From an uncultured Actinomycetes bacterium (GTDB lineage Bacteria; Actinomycetota; UBA4738; HRBIN12), in contig CAWEPH010000006.1 in the NCBI GenBank assembly GCA_963810915.1, positions 939,030-1,003,029 of the forward strand: a stretch of DNA of 64,000 nt, written 5' to 3'. Numbering within the stretch: position 1 is the stretch's first letter; each line of letters opens with the position of its first letter. Made by a program: the position numbers and the translations under genes. Below the pieces are notes generated by a model, which worked only from the letters and a program-made list of their open reading frames with translations, ran no database searches and was not told the DNA's origin. Shown here piece after piece: positions 11,252 through 21,211 of this stretch.

Positions 11252-12910
11252 TTACCGCTCGCCGGGGTCGGTCGGCATGCGTTCGTCCACGATCGCCTGT
11301 GCGCGTTCGCGGCTCTGGGGATGACCGGTGACGGCCTCGAGGAACGGTTCCCGCTCGAGCGCCAGGAGCGTCATCGGCGTCGCAGCCGTGACGGTCGCCG
11401 TTCGCGGCACGTCGCGCAGCAACGCGATCTCACCGATGTGCTCGCCGACGCCGCGGTCGGTCACGTGCGCGCCATCCCGGGTCACCTCGGCCTCGCCCGT
11501 CTCGATGACGTAGAAACGCTCCCCTACCTCCCCCTCGCGGATCAGGACGTCGCCGGCCGCGAGCTCCGTCCGCTTGAGGTTGACGAGGATCCGCTGGATG
11601 GCCGGCGCAGGCAGCGGAGCGAAGATCGGTATGCCGCGTATCAGCTTCAGCATCTCGGCGTCCGGGGCCCTCGCCTCGCGGTCGATCGCTGAGAGCGGGA
11701 CCCAGAGCGCGAGGGCGGAGATCGGAGCTAGCGCACCGACCACGATGAGGGCCGTCCGCACGCCGAACGCCGCCATCAGCGCTGAGGCGCCCAGTGCGCC
11801 GGCCGCCGTCCCCAATGTCCCCAATCCTTCGACGATGCCGAACACGCGCGCCAGGACCTCGTCGGGCGCGATCCGCTGCAGGAGGGTGTTGCCGGCCATC
11901 CACGAGACGCTGCCTCCGGCACCGGCCGCCGCAAAGAGGAGGGGCGCGCTCGCTGCGGACGGAGCCGCGCCGACGACGATGATGGGCGCCCCGAACAGGA
12001 GCGTGCCGCCGGCGAGGGACGGGACCAATCGGCGCCGACCGACCAACGCCACCGTGAGGAGCGCCCCGACCAAGGCACCGACCCCCGCGGCCGAGTTGAG
12101 GAATCCGGCCCACCCCTGACCCTTGTGGAGCAGGTCGATGGCCACGCCGACGTAGATCACGTCGAGGGCTCCCAACAGGAGCATGCTCGCGGCCATCACG
12201 ATCACGAGCAGGCCCGCCCTGCGTTCCTCAGCGAGCACGCGGAAGCCTCCGAACGCCTCGCGTACCACGTCGTGCGCATCCATCGGCTCCTCGGGGCGCA
12301 TCCCGCCGGAGGCCACATCGAGACGCGCGACCAAAAGGGCACCGACGAACACGACCACCGCGAAGAGGGCGAACACCGCGGCCGGTCCGGTCTTCGCGAG
12401 CACCACGCCGGCAACGAACGGTCCGATCACCAGCGAGGCGCTCTCGGCCATGGCCGACACGGAGTTGGCCGCGGTCAGCTCCTTCGGGCTGAGAGCCACG
12501 CTGGGCAGGAGCGCGGACTGGGTGGGTCTCGTGAACGTCATGCTGGCGGCCGCGACGGTCGCGAAGACCAACGTCAGCCCGAACGGCGCGTCCGCGGCCA
12601 GGGCGATCGCGACCACGCCGAGCGCGACCGCCTGCGCGAGGTAGCTCACGAAGAGCACACGGTCGCGCGCGAACCGGTCGCCGGCGAAGGCCCCGAACGG
12701 CGCCACGAGCCCCGCCGGGACCAGCTGGATCGCCGCGGCCAGCCCGGCGGCCGTAGCCCCCCCGCGGTCGTACGCATAGACGAGGATCGCGATCCACGTG
12801 CCGTACTCCGACATGCCGAACCCGAAGAACGCGAGCTCGATCCGTGCCATCCGAGGATCGCGCGCGATGGCGCTCACGGTGCGCACCTGATCCCTCATGC
12901 CGCGCAGCAT
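11252..12910 (-). CDS. MFS transporter fused to a C-terminal cyclic-nucleotide-binding (CAP effector-type) domain
   Basis: About 12 TM helices with an MFS loop motif (GDRFARDRV). The C-terminal ~120 aa carry cNMP-binding motifs (FYVIETGEAEV...GEHIGEIALL...RTATVTAAT). Start may be 12910, 12898 or 12850. Confidence 0.75.
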   Translation of the reverse strand: MLRGMRDQVRTVSAIARDPRMARIELAFFGFGMSEYGTWIAILVYAYDRGGATAAGLAAAIQLVPAGLVAPFGAFAGDRFARDRVLFVSYLAQAVALGVVAIALAADAPFGLTLVFATVAAASMTFTRPTQSALLPSVALSPKELTAANSVSAMAESASLVIGPFVAGVVLAKTGPAAVFALFAVVVFVGALLVARLDVASGGMRPEEPMDAHDVVREAFGGFRVLAEERRAGLLVIVMAASMLLLGALDVIYVGVAIDLLHKGQGWAGFLNSAAGVGALVGALLTVALVGRRRLVPSLAGGTLLFGAPIIVVGAAPSAASAPLLFAAAGAGGSVSWMAGNTLLQRIAPDEVLARVFGIVEGLGTLGTAAGALGASALMAAFGVRTALIVVGALAPISALALWVPLSAIDREARAPDAEMLKLIRGIPIFAPLPAPAIQRILVNLKRTELAAGDVLIREGEVGERFYVIETGEAEVTRDGAHVTDRGVGEHIGEIALLRDVPRTATVTAATPMTLLALEREPFLEAVTGHPQSRERAQAIVDERMPTDPGER

Positions 12911-12959
12911 CGCACCCTCGGGCTCACCCGGTTTGCGGCCCCGAACCCCTGGCCCGAGG

Positions 12960-14342
12960 ATGGGCCCCGTGGAGATCCCGGAGATCCGCTACGCGAAGAC
13001 CCGTGACGGGATCCACATCGCCTATCAGGTGCTCGGCGACGGCCCGGCCGACCTGTTGTTCGTTCCGGGCTTCGCGTCGAACCTGATCTGGAACTGGCAG
13101 CTCCCCTCGTACGCCCACTTCCTGCGGCGACTGGGTTCGTTCTGCCGACTCATCATCGTCGACCGCCGCGGCTGCGGGGTCTCCGACCGGCTCTCACCCG
13201 AGGATCTCCCGTCCCTGGAGGTGATCGCGGACGACCTCGGCGCGGTGCTGGACGCCGTGGCGTCCGAGCGCGCGTCGATGTTCGCGGCGGATGAAGGCGC
13301 GCAGGGCGTGGCGCTCTTCGCAGCGACCCATCCCGAGCGGGTCGAGCGCCTGATCATCTACACGATGGACCCGATGGGCGACTTCCAGCCCTGGGCCGAC
13401 GGCTACAAGTCGCGCGAAGAGCGCGAGGCGTTCCTGGAGGCGTTCATCGTCGAGGTCGTCAAAGGTTGGGGCACGAGGGAGTTCGCGCATTCCGACCCGC
13501 TCGGAGGTCTCGTGATCTGCGGACCTTCCCTAGCCGACGATCCGAACGCGATCGATTGGTACACGGCGTTGTTGCTCCTCTCCACCAGCCCGAGTGGAGC
13601 GGTCGCGTTCCATCGCATGTACTTCGAGACTGACGCCCAGCCGATCCTCGCGTCCATCCGCGTCCCGACGTTGTTGCTCCACCGCGTCGGCGATCTGCTC
13701 GAACCGATCGAAGCGTCGCGCTTCATGGCCGGGCTGATCCCCGGCGCCCGCTTGATCGAACTGGACGGGGACGATCACGTGTGGTTCGCGGGCGACACCG
13801 ACTCCATCGTGGACCCGATCCAGGAGTTCATGACGGGTGCCCGGCCGGCGCACGACCTCGACCGCGTCCTGGCGACCGTGCTGTTCACCGACATCGTCGG
13901 CTCGACCGAGATGGCGGCCAGGCTGGGCGACACGGCATGGAAGGAACTGCTCGCCACGCATGACGAGTGGGCAAAGACGGAGATCGCAAGACATCGAGGG
14001 AACTACGTCCACACGACGGGCGATGGTCTGCTCGCGACCTTCGACGGACCGGCACGAGCGGTGCGATGCGCACAGGCGATCGGTGAGGCGGTTCGGTCGC
14101 TCGGGATCGAGCTCCGGTCGGGTTGCCATACGGGTGAGATCGAGCTCACCGCTGATGACGTGCAGGGTCTCGCCGTGCACATCGGCGCCCGAGTGGCCGC
14201 TGCCGCCGGGCCGGCCCAAGTTCTCGTCTCCTCCACGGTGAAGGATCTCGTGGCCGGATCCGGTCTCAGCTTCGAGGATGCCGGCGTGCACGAGCTGAAG
14301 GGCGTGCCCGACACCTGGCATCTCTATCGGGTTGTCGGCTGA
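12960..14342 (+). CDS. Paralog 1: alpha/beta-hydrolase-fold domain fused to class III nucleotidyl cyclase domain (LipJ/Rv1900c-like)
   Basis: N-domain has hydrolase-fold motifs (FVPGF...IIVDRRGCGVSD...). The cyclase homology domain has [44 protein letters not shown]. The stop overlaps the next start (TGATG). Confidence 0.8.
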   Translation: MGPVEIPEIRYAKTRDGIHIAYQVLGDGPADLLFVPGFASNLIWNWQLPSYAHFLRRLGSFCRLIIVDRRGCGVSDRLSPEDLPSLEVIADDLGAVLDAVASERASMFAADEGAQGVALFAATHPERVERLIIYTMDPMGDFQPWADGYKSREEREAFLEAFIVEVVKGWGTREFAHSDPLGGLVICGPSLADDPNAIDWYTALLLLSTSPSGAVAFHRMYFETDAQPILASIRVPTLLLHRVGDLLEPIEASRFMAGLIPGARLIELDGDDHVWFAGDTDSIVDPIQEFMTGARPAHDLDRVLATVLFTDIVGSTEMAARLGDTAWKELLATHDEWAKTEIARHRGNYVHTTGDGLLATFDGPARAVRCAQAIGEAVRSLGIELRSGCHTGEIELTADDVQGLAVHIGARVAAAAGPAQVLVSSTVKDLVAGSGLSFEDAGVHELKGVPDTWHLYRVVG

Positions 14343-15700
14343 TGGAGACCCCTCGCACGCGGTACGCGAAGACCGTCGACGGGGTCAGCATCGCCTATCA
14401 GGTGCGGGGTGACGGGCCCGTCGATCTCATCTACGCGAGGGGGTGGACCCAGAACCTCGAGATCGAGCTCGAGGGACCGCGGAGCGGCGCCTGGTTCAGT
14501 GGGCTCGCCTCCATCTCGCGTTTGATCCTCTTCGACAAGCGAGGGACGGGCCTCTCGGACCGCACCGCGACGCCCGACCTCGAGATACGCGCCGACGACC
14601 TGCGAGCGGTGCTCGACGCCGCCGGCTCGGACCGCGCTGTCGTGATGGGCGACGCCGACGGTGGCGCCCTCGCGGTGTTCTTCGCGGCGACCCACCCGGA
14701 GCGCGTGCAGGCCCTGATCCTCAATGGGGCGTACGCGCGCGCCGCATGGGCCCCCGACTACCCGATCGGGCAGAAGGAGGACGACTTCCTGGCAGACCGA
14801 GAAGACACGGCCAGACGATGGGGCACGATCGAGTTCGCGCAGGAATGGGTCGATCGACAGGCGCCCTCGCTCTCGAACGACACCGAATACGTCGAATGGT
14901 TCGCGAAGACCTTGCGGCACGGGGCCTCTCCCGCGGCCGAGCTCGAGTTCGAAGACATGTGGCGCGAGATCGACGTCCGCTCCGTGCTCGGAAGCGTGCA
15001 GGCGCCAACGCTCGTGGTCGCCACGCCGGGTGCGGGCGATCTGGTCAAGGGGACGGGGGACGTGGCCCGCGAGCGTTACCTCGTCGAGCGGATCCCCGGC
15101 GCGAAGTACGTGGAGCTCCCTGGCCGCGACCTCATCATCGAGCACACGAACCCAACCCTGCTCCTGGATGAGATCGAACGGTTCATCCGATCGGTGAGCG
15201 CGGAGGAGCGCGAGATCGATCGGGTCCTGGCGACCGTCATGTTCACCGACATCGTGGGCTCGACCGAACGAGCGTCCACGTTGGGCGACGCAGCATGGAG
15301 AGATCTGCTGGAGCGCCACCATCGAACGGTGCGAGCGATGATCGGCCGCTATCGGGGACAGGAGATCAACACGGCGGGCGACGGGTTCCTGGCCACGTTC
15401 GACGGCCCCGCTCGAGGGGTGAGATGCGCGCAAGCGATCGCCGAAGCGGTACATCCCCTTGGCCTCGAGGTCCGAGCCGGCCTGCACACGGGCGAGATCG
15501 ACGTCACCGGCGACGATGTTCAGGGTATCGCCGTGCATATCGGTGCCCGTGTCGGGGCCCTGGCGGGTCCGTCCGAGGTCTTGGTCTCGCAGACGGTCAA
15601 GGACCTCGTCGCCGGGAGCGGGCTCACGTTTGAGGAGGCCGGCGAGCACGAGCTCAAGGGCGTCCCTGACCGCTGGCACCTCTACCGGGTGGTGAGCTGA
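14342..15700 (+). CDS. Paralog 2: hydrolase-fold + class III cyclase fusion
   Basis: 452 aa, intact. METPRTRYAKTVDG...FTDIVGSTERA...[26 protein letters not shown]...RAGLHTGEI...[10 protein letters not shown]. Confidence 0.85.
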   Translation: METPRTRYAKTVDGVSIAYQVRGDGPVDLIYARGWTQNLEIELEGPRSGAWFSGLASISRLILFDKRGTGLSDRTATPDLEIRADDLRAVLDAAGSDRAVVMGDADGGALAVFFAATHPERVQALILNGAYARAAWAPDYPIGQKEDDFLADREDTARRWGTIEFAQEWVDRQAPSLSNDTEYVEWFAKTLRHGASPAAELEFEDMWREIDVRSVLGSVQAPTLVVATPGAGDLVKGTGDVARERYLVERIPGAKYVELPGRDLIIEHTNPTLLLDEIERFIRSVSAEEREIDRVLATVMFTDIVGSTERASTLGDAAWRDLLERHHRTVRAMIGRYRGQEINTAGDGFLATFDGPARGVRCAQAIAEAVHPLGLEVRAGLHTGEIDVTGDDVQGIAVHIGARVGALAGPSEVLVSQTVKDLVAGSGLTFEEAGEHELKGVPDRWHLYRVVS

Positions 15701-15701
15701 C

Positions 15702-17060
15702 TTGGAGACCTACCGGACGCGGTACGCGATGACCGTCGACGGGGTGAACATCGCCTACCAGGTACGAGGGAACGGACCGGTCGATCTCCTCTGGGTCGGG
15801 GGGTTCACCGCGAACCTCGAGGTTGAATACGACGGCCCAAGGAACAACGCCTCCTTCTACGCGGAGCTCGCCGCGTTCACCCGGCTGATCTTGTTCGACA
15901 AGCGCGGGACCGGGTTGTCGGATCGCACGCAGACCCCCGACCTCGAGAAGCGTGTCGACGATATGCGGGCGGTGTTGGACGCGGTCGGCTCCGAGCGAGC
16001 GGTGGTGCTTGGCGCCGCGGACGGCGCGGCCCTGGCGGCGTTCTTCGCGGCGACACATCCCGAACGGGTTCAGGCGCTGATCCTCAAGTCTCCCAGCGCG
16101 CGCACCGCATGGGCCCCCGACTACCCGCAGGGGATGAAGGAGGAGGACTACCTGGCGGAACGGGAGGATATGGCGCGACGATGGGGCTCGATCGAGCTGG
16201 CGCAGGAATGGGTGTCACGTGAGGCCCCCTCGCTCGCGCACGACACCGAATACGTCGAGTGGTTCGCGAAGTCGATGCGACATGGTGCATCCCCGGGGTC
16301 CGCCGTCGCGTTCGAGGACGTTTACTACGCGATCGACGTGCGGTCGATCCTCGGGAGCGTCCAGGCGCCCACCCTCGTGCTCGCCATCCCAGGAGCGGAC
16401 GAGCAGTTCGAGACCGTAGGCGCTGGACAGGACCGAGACCTCGCCGATGGGATCCCCGGCGCGAAGTACGTCGAGTTGTTTGGGCGAGATCTCGTCATCA
16501 TCGCCACGAACCCGCGAGTGCTTCTCGACGAGATCCACGGATTCATCAACTCGGTGAGCGCCGAGGAGGCCGAGTTCGATCGCGTACTCGCGACCGTGCT
16601 CTTCACCGACATCGTCGGCTCGACCGAGCGCGCGTCGGCGTTGGGAGACGGGGCGTGGAAGGACCTACTCCGACGCCACCACGAGGTGGTTCGCGCCATG
16701 ATCGGCCGTTACCGCGGCAAGGAGATCGGCACGGCGGGCGATGGGTTCCTCGCGACCTTCGACGGCCCCGCTCGAGGCGTGCGCTGCGCGCAGGCGATCG
16801 CCGAGGCCGTGCAACCCCTAGGTCTGGAGATCCGAGCCGGCCTGCACACCGGCGAGATCGAGGTGACGGGCGACGATGTCCAGGGCATCGCCGTCCACAC
16901 GGGCGCCCGCGTCGGTGCCCTCGCGGGACCGTCCGAAATCCTGGTCTCCCAAACCGTCAAGGATCTCGTGGCCGGATCGGGTCTCGCCTTCGAGGACGCC
17001 GGCGAGCACGAGCTGAAGGGCGTGCCCGACCGCTGGCGCCTCTATCGGGTGGTGGGCTGA
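15702..17060 (+). CDS. Paralog 3: hydrolase-fold + class III cyclase fusion
   Basis: 452 aa, intact, TTG start 1 nt after the previous stop. More than 70% identical to paralogs 2 and 4 by eye. Confidence 0.85.
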   Translation: METYRTRYAMTVDGVNIAYQVRGNGPVDLLWVGGFTANLEVEYDGPRNNASFYAELAAFTRLILFDKRGTGLSDRTQTPDLEKRVDDMRAVLDAVGSERAVVLGAADGAALAAFFAATHPERVQALILKSPSARTAWAPDYPQGMKEEDYLAEREDMARRWGSIELAQEWVSREAPSLAHDTEYVEWFAKSMRHGASPGSAVAFEDVYYAIDVRSILGSVQAPTLVLAIPGADEQFETVGAGQDRDLADGIPGAKYVELFGRDLVIIATNPRVLLDEIHGFINSVSAEEAEFDRVLATVLFTDIVGSTERASALGDGAWKDLLRRHHEVVRAMIGRYRGKEIGTAGDGFLATFDGPARGVRCAQAIAEAVQPLGLEIRAGLHTGEIEVTGDDVQGIAVHTGARVGALAGPSEILVSQTVKDLVAGSGLAFEDAGEHELKGVPDRWRLYRVVG

Positions 17061-17061
17061 G

Positions 17062-18405
17062 GTGGACATCCCTCGCACCCGGTATGCGAAGACCGTCGAC
17101 GGGGTCCACATCGCGTATCAGGTACGGGGTGACGGGCCTGTCGATCTCATCTACGCGATGGGATACACGGCGAACTTCGAGGTGGAGCTCGAAGGACCTC
17201 GGAGCGGCATGTACTTCGATGGGCTTGCCTCGCTCGCCCGACTGATCCTGTTCGACAAGCGTGGGACCGGGTTGTCGGACCGAACCCAGACACCCGACCT
17301 CGAGATGCGCGCGGACGACCTGCGAGCGGTGCTGGACGCGGTCGGATCCGAACGAGCAGTGGTGCTCGGTGCTGCCGACGCCGGCGCCCTGGCGGCCTTC
17401 TTCGCGGCCGCCCATCCGGAGCGGGTGCGGGCCCTGATCCTCAACGGGGCCTACGCGCGGAAGGCGTGGGCTCCCGACTACCCGAACGGGCAGACGGAGG
17501 AGGACTACCGCGAAGGTCGAGAAGACATGGCACGACGCTGGGGGACGATGGAGCTGGCACAGGACTGGGTCGATGCCGAGGCGCCGTCGCTCTCGCACGA
17601 CGCGGAGTACCTGGAATGGTTCACCAAGACCATGCGCTACGGCGCTTCCCCTGCGGCCGCCGTCGAGTTCGAGGACGCGATCTACGCCATCGATGTACGG
17701 GCGATCCTCGGGACGGTGCAGGCGCCGACCCTCGTGCTGGCGCAGCCCGGTTCTCTGGACACCGCCGGCGGGCGCGAACGCGATCTTGCAGACCGGATCC
17801 CCGGCGCGAAGTACGTCGAGCTTCCGGGGCGGGACTTCATCATGGAGCACACCAACCCCGCCCCCCTGCTGGATGCGATCGGAGGGTTCATCCGATCGGT
17901 GAGTGCTGAGGAGCGCGAGATCGACCGGGTCCTGGCGACCGTCCTGTTCACCGACATCGTGGGTTCGACGGAGCGGGCGGCCCAACTCGGGGATGGAGCG
18001 TGGAGGGCCTTGCTGGAGCGGCACCACGAGGTGGTGCGGGCGATGATCGGGCGGTACCGGGGCACCGAGGTCAGCACGGCGGGCGACGGGTTCCTCGCGA
18101 CGTTCGACGGACCCGCCCGAGGGGTTCGCTGCGCGCAGGCGATCGCTGAAGCGGTGCAGCCGTTGGGGCTCGAGATCCGAGCCGGTTTGCACACGGGTGA
18201 GGTGGAGACGATCGACGGCTCGGTAGGCGGCATCGCCGTCCACACCGGCGCGCGCGTGGGTGCCCTCGCAGCACCGTCCGAGGTCCTCGTCTCGCAGACC
18301 GTCAAGGATCCGGTGGCCGGCTCCGGCCTCTCGTTCGAGGATGCCGGTGAGCACGAGCTGAAGGGTGTCCCCGACCGGTGGCGCCTGTACCGGGTGGTGA
18401 GCTGA
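17062..18405 (+). CDS. Paralog 4: hydrolase-fold + class III cyclase fusion
   Basis: 447 aa, intact, GTG start. Same motif set. The stop overlaps the next ATG (TGATG). Confidence 0.85.
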   Translation: MDIPRTRYAKTVDGVHIAYQVRGDGPVDLIYAMGYTANFEVELEGPRSGMYFDGLASLARLILFDKRGTGLSDRTQTPDLEMRADDLRAVLDAVGSERAVVLGAADAGALAAFFAAAHPERVRALILNGAYARKAWAPDYPNGQTEEDYREGREDMARRWGTMELAQDWVDAEAPSLSHDAEYLEWFTKTMRYGASPAAAVEFEDAIYAIDVRAILGTVQAPTLVLAQPGSLDTAGGRERDLADRIPGAKYVELPGRDFIMEHTNPAPLLDAIGGFIRSVSAEEREIDRVLATVLFTDIVGSTERAAQLGDGAWRALLERHHEVVRAMIGRYRGTEVSTAGDGFLATFDGPARGVRCAQAIAEAVQPLGLEIRAGLHTGEVETIDGSVGGIAVHTGARVGALAAPSEVLVSQTVKDPVAGSGLSFEDAGEHELKGVPDRWRLYRVVS

Positions 18406-19760
18406 TGGAGTCCCCTGAGACCAGGTACGCCCTGACCTCGGACGGCGTCTACGTCGCGTACCAGATGCTCGGCGAGGGCCCCATCGACCTAGTGTTCGCC
18501 TTCGGCTGGCTCAACAACGTCGATTCCGTCTGGTCGATCCCGGAGATCGCATCGTTCTATCGACGCCTGGCCGCCTTCTCTCGCTTGATCATCTTCGACC
18601 GGCGCGGCACGGGGTTGTCGGACCGCATCACCGAGGGTGAGGCTGCAACCTTCGAAGCCGGCATGGACGACATCCGAGCAGTGATGGATGCGGCAGGATC
18701 CGAACGGGCCCTGCAGGTCGGGTTCCAAGACGGCGGGATGCTCTGCGCGCTGTTCGCGGCATCCTTCCCGGAGCGAGCCACCGGCCTCGTGATCATCGGG
18801 AGCTCGCCGGTAACCATCTGGGCACCGGACGCTCCCTGGGGATGGACGGAACAGGAGTATCAGCCATACCTCGATGCCTTGGTGCAAGGCTGGGGCACAC
18901 CCGGATGGACCGCGCGGCACATGGAATCGATGGCACCTTCGTTCCGAAGCAGCGACCGGGCGGCCGTGGAGCGCTTCGCCAAGCATTTCCGCGCGTGTGC
19001 GAGTCCGGGTACGGCGCTGGCGATCGAACGGATGCTCATGCACAGCGACGTGCGAGGCGTGCTCCCGACGATCCAGGTGCCGACGCTCGTGATCCACAAC
19101 GTCGATGATGCGGTCGAAGAGGTCAGAGCAGCGCGCTACACGGCTGAAGAGATCCCCGGGGCCAAGCTCGTCGAGCTGCCGTTCACGGAGCATGCGCCCT
19201 TCTACGAGAGCGCGAACCCGACCCTTGAAGCTGTGGAGACGTTCGCCTCGCAGGTTCGAGCGGAGCAGGCCGAGTTCGACCGCGTGCTCGCCACCGTGCT
19301 GTTCACCGACATCGTGGACTCCACCGCCCAAAGCGCGGCCATGGGCGACCACCTGTGGCGGGACGTGCAGCAACGACACGACCGCATCGTGCGGGCGAAC
19401 CTCGCACGCTACCGAGGGAGAGAGATCAAGACGATGGGCGACGGATTCCTCGCCACGTTCGACGGACCCGCACGCGGCGTGCGGTGCGCCGAGTCGATAG
19501 CGGCGGCGATACTGCCGCTCGGGATCGAGATCCGCGCCGGGCTGCATACGGGCGAGGTGGCGTTCGAAGGCGACGATGTCAACGGCCTGGGGGTGGCGAT
19601 CGGGGCGCGCGTCGGAGCCCTCGCTAGAGCGTCCGAGGTGCTGGTCTCCCAAACCGTCAAGGACCTCGTGGCCGGCTCCGGACTCACGTTCGAGGACGCC
19701 GGTGAGCACGAGCTGAAGGGCGTGCCCGACCGCTGGCGCCTCTACCGGGTGGTGGGCTGA
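18405..19760 (+). CDS. Paralog 5: hydrolase-fold + class III cyclase fusion (more divergent; Lys retained in KTMGDGF)
   Basis: MESPETRYALTSDG...FTDIVDSTA...[29 protein letters not shown]...RAGLHTGEV...GLGVAIGARV. Confidence 0.8.
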   Translation: MESPETRYALTSDGVYVAYQMLGEGPIDLVFAFGWLNNVDSVWSIPEIASFYRRLAAFSRLIIFDRRGTGLSDRITEGEAATFEAGMDDIRAVMDAAGSERALQVGFQDGGMLCALFAASFPERATGLVIIGSSPVTIWAPDAPWGWTEQEYQPYLDALVQGWGTPGWTARHMESMAPSFRSSDRAAVERFAKHFRACASPGTALAIERMLMHSDVRGVLPTIQVPTLVIHNVDDAVEEVRAARYTAEEIPGAKLVELPFTEHAPFYESANPTLEAVETFASQVRAEQAEFDRVLATVLFTDIVDSTAQSAAMGDHLWRDVQQRHDRIVRANLARYRGREIKTMGDGFLATFDGPARGVRCAESIAAAILPLGIEIRAGLHTGEVAFEGDDVNGLGVAIGARVGALARASEVLVSQTVKDLVAGSGLTFEDAGEHELKGVPDRWRLYRVVG

Positions 19761-19761
19761 G

Positions 19762-21211
19762 GTGAACACGCCTCGCACCCAGTACGTAAAGACCGACGAC
19801 GAGGTGTATATCGCCTACCAGGTCGTCGGCGACGGTCCAGTCGACCTGGTCTGGCAGTTCGACTACTTCGGGAACGTCGACGCCGTGTGGGAGCACCCGC
19901 TGTGGGCGCGCTTCCTCGGCGGCTTCGCGGAATTCTCTCGGCTGATCCTCCTTGATCGTCGAGGGACAGGGCAGTCGAGCCGCAACGTACCGCCGTCCGA
20001 TCTTGAGACCCGCGCCAGGGACCTGCGGACGGTCCTCGATGCATTGGGATCCGACGTCGTGGTGGCGGCTGGCCACGGTCAAGGAGGAGCCGCGAGCGCC
20101 CTCGCAACGTACCGCCGTCCGATCTTGAGACCCGCGCGAGTGACCTGCGGACGGTCCTCGATGCGTTGGGGTCCGACGTCGTGGTGGCGGCCGGCCACGG
20201 CCAGGGGGGAGCAGCGAGCGCCCTGTTCGCCGCTACGGAGCCGGATCGGGTGCGCTCGTTCGTGTGGGATGAACCGGTAGCGCGGACGTTGTGGGCACCC
20301 GACTATCCGTGGGGCGTGAGCATCGCATATCTCGAGCGACGCACGTCGGCTGACCCAGGACCACTGGGGAACGGATGCCTTCTTCGCGATGTTGGCGGCG
20401 CTTGATGACTATCCCGTGCCGACGGAGGTGACGATCGGGTACGGGAAGCTCTGCCGATCCACCGCCACCCCGGACGTCGCGCTCGAGATCGATCGCATCT
20501 GGAACGAGACCGACATCCGCGGGGCACTTCCGTCCGTGCGCGCGCCCGCACTCCTCACCGAGCTGGATTCCGGTGATCCGGGCCAGATCAACTACATCGC
20601 GTCGCTGATGCCGGACGCACGGGTGGTTCGGATCCCCGGCGAAGATGGATACCAGCCCGAGGTGATCGACCGCACTCACGATGCGATCCGGGCCTTCCTC
20701 GGGCTGGCGACGGCACCACCTGGCGCGGACCGGATCCTGGCAACGGTGCTGTTCACCGACATCGTCGATTCCACAGGACGAGCGGCCGAGCTCGGTGACT
20801 CCGCCTGGAGGCAGGTCCTGGCGGCGCACGACGAGCGAGCTCGCGACCGAGATCGAGCGGTATGACGGACGCTATGTCCATACGACCGGCGATGGGCTGC
20901 TCGCCACGTTCGATGGACCCGCGCGGGCGGTGCGTTGCGCGCGTGCGATCGCGGACGCGGTCCGCTCGCTCGGTCTCGAGATCCGCGCGGGCTGTCACAC
21001 CGGCGAGATCGAGCTGGTCGGCGACGACGTGCAGGGCCTCGCCGTGCACATCGGCGCGCGCGTGGCGGCGCTGGCCGGAACCCCCGACGTGCTCGTTTCC
21101 TCGACGGTGAAGGATCTCGTCGCCGGCTCCGGCCTCACCTTCGAGGATGCCGGCGAGCACGAACTGAAGGGCGTGCCCGACCGCTGGCACCTGTATCGGG
21201 TGACGGGCTGA
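19762..21211 (+). pseudogene. Paralog 6: hydrolase-cyclase fusion disrupted by a ~122-bp internal tandem duplication plus at least two further frameshifts
   Basis: Homologous segments are spread over three frames (ORFs 19762..20280, 20166..20405, 20389..20865, 20681..21211). The duplicated peptide GSDVVVAAGHGQGGAASAL is encoded twice. Confidence 0.7.
19981..20224 (+). repeat. Direct tandem duplication, 2 x ~122 bp (about 93-95% identical), inside paralog 6
   Basis: The run gcaacgtaccgccgtccgatcttgagacccgcgc...gacctgcggacggtcctcgatgc.ttggg.tccgacgtcgtggtggcggc.ggccacgg... occurs at 19982 and again at 20104. The unit length is not a multiple of 3. Confidence 0.85.
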
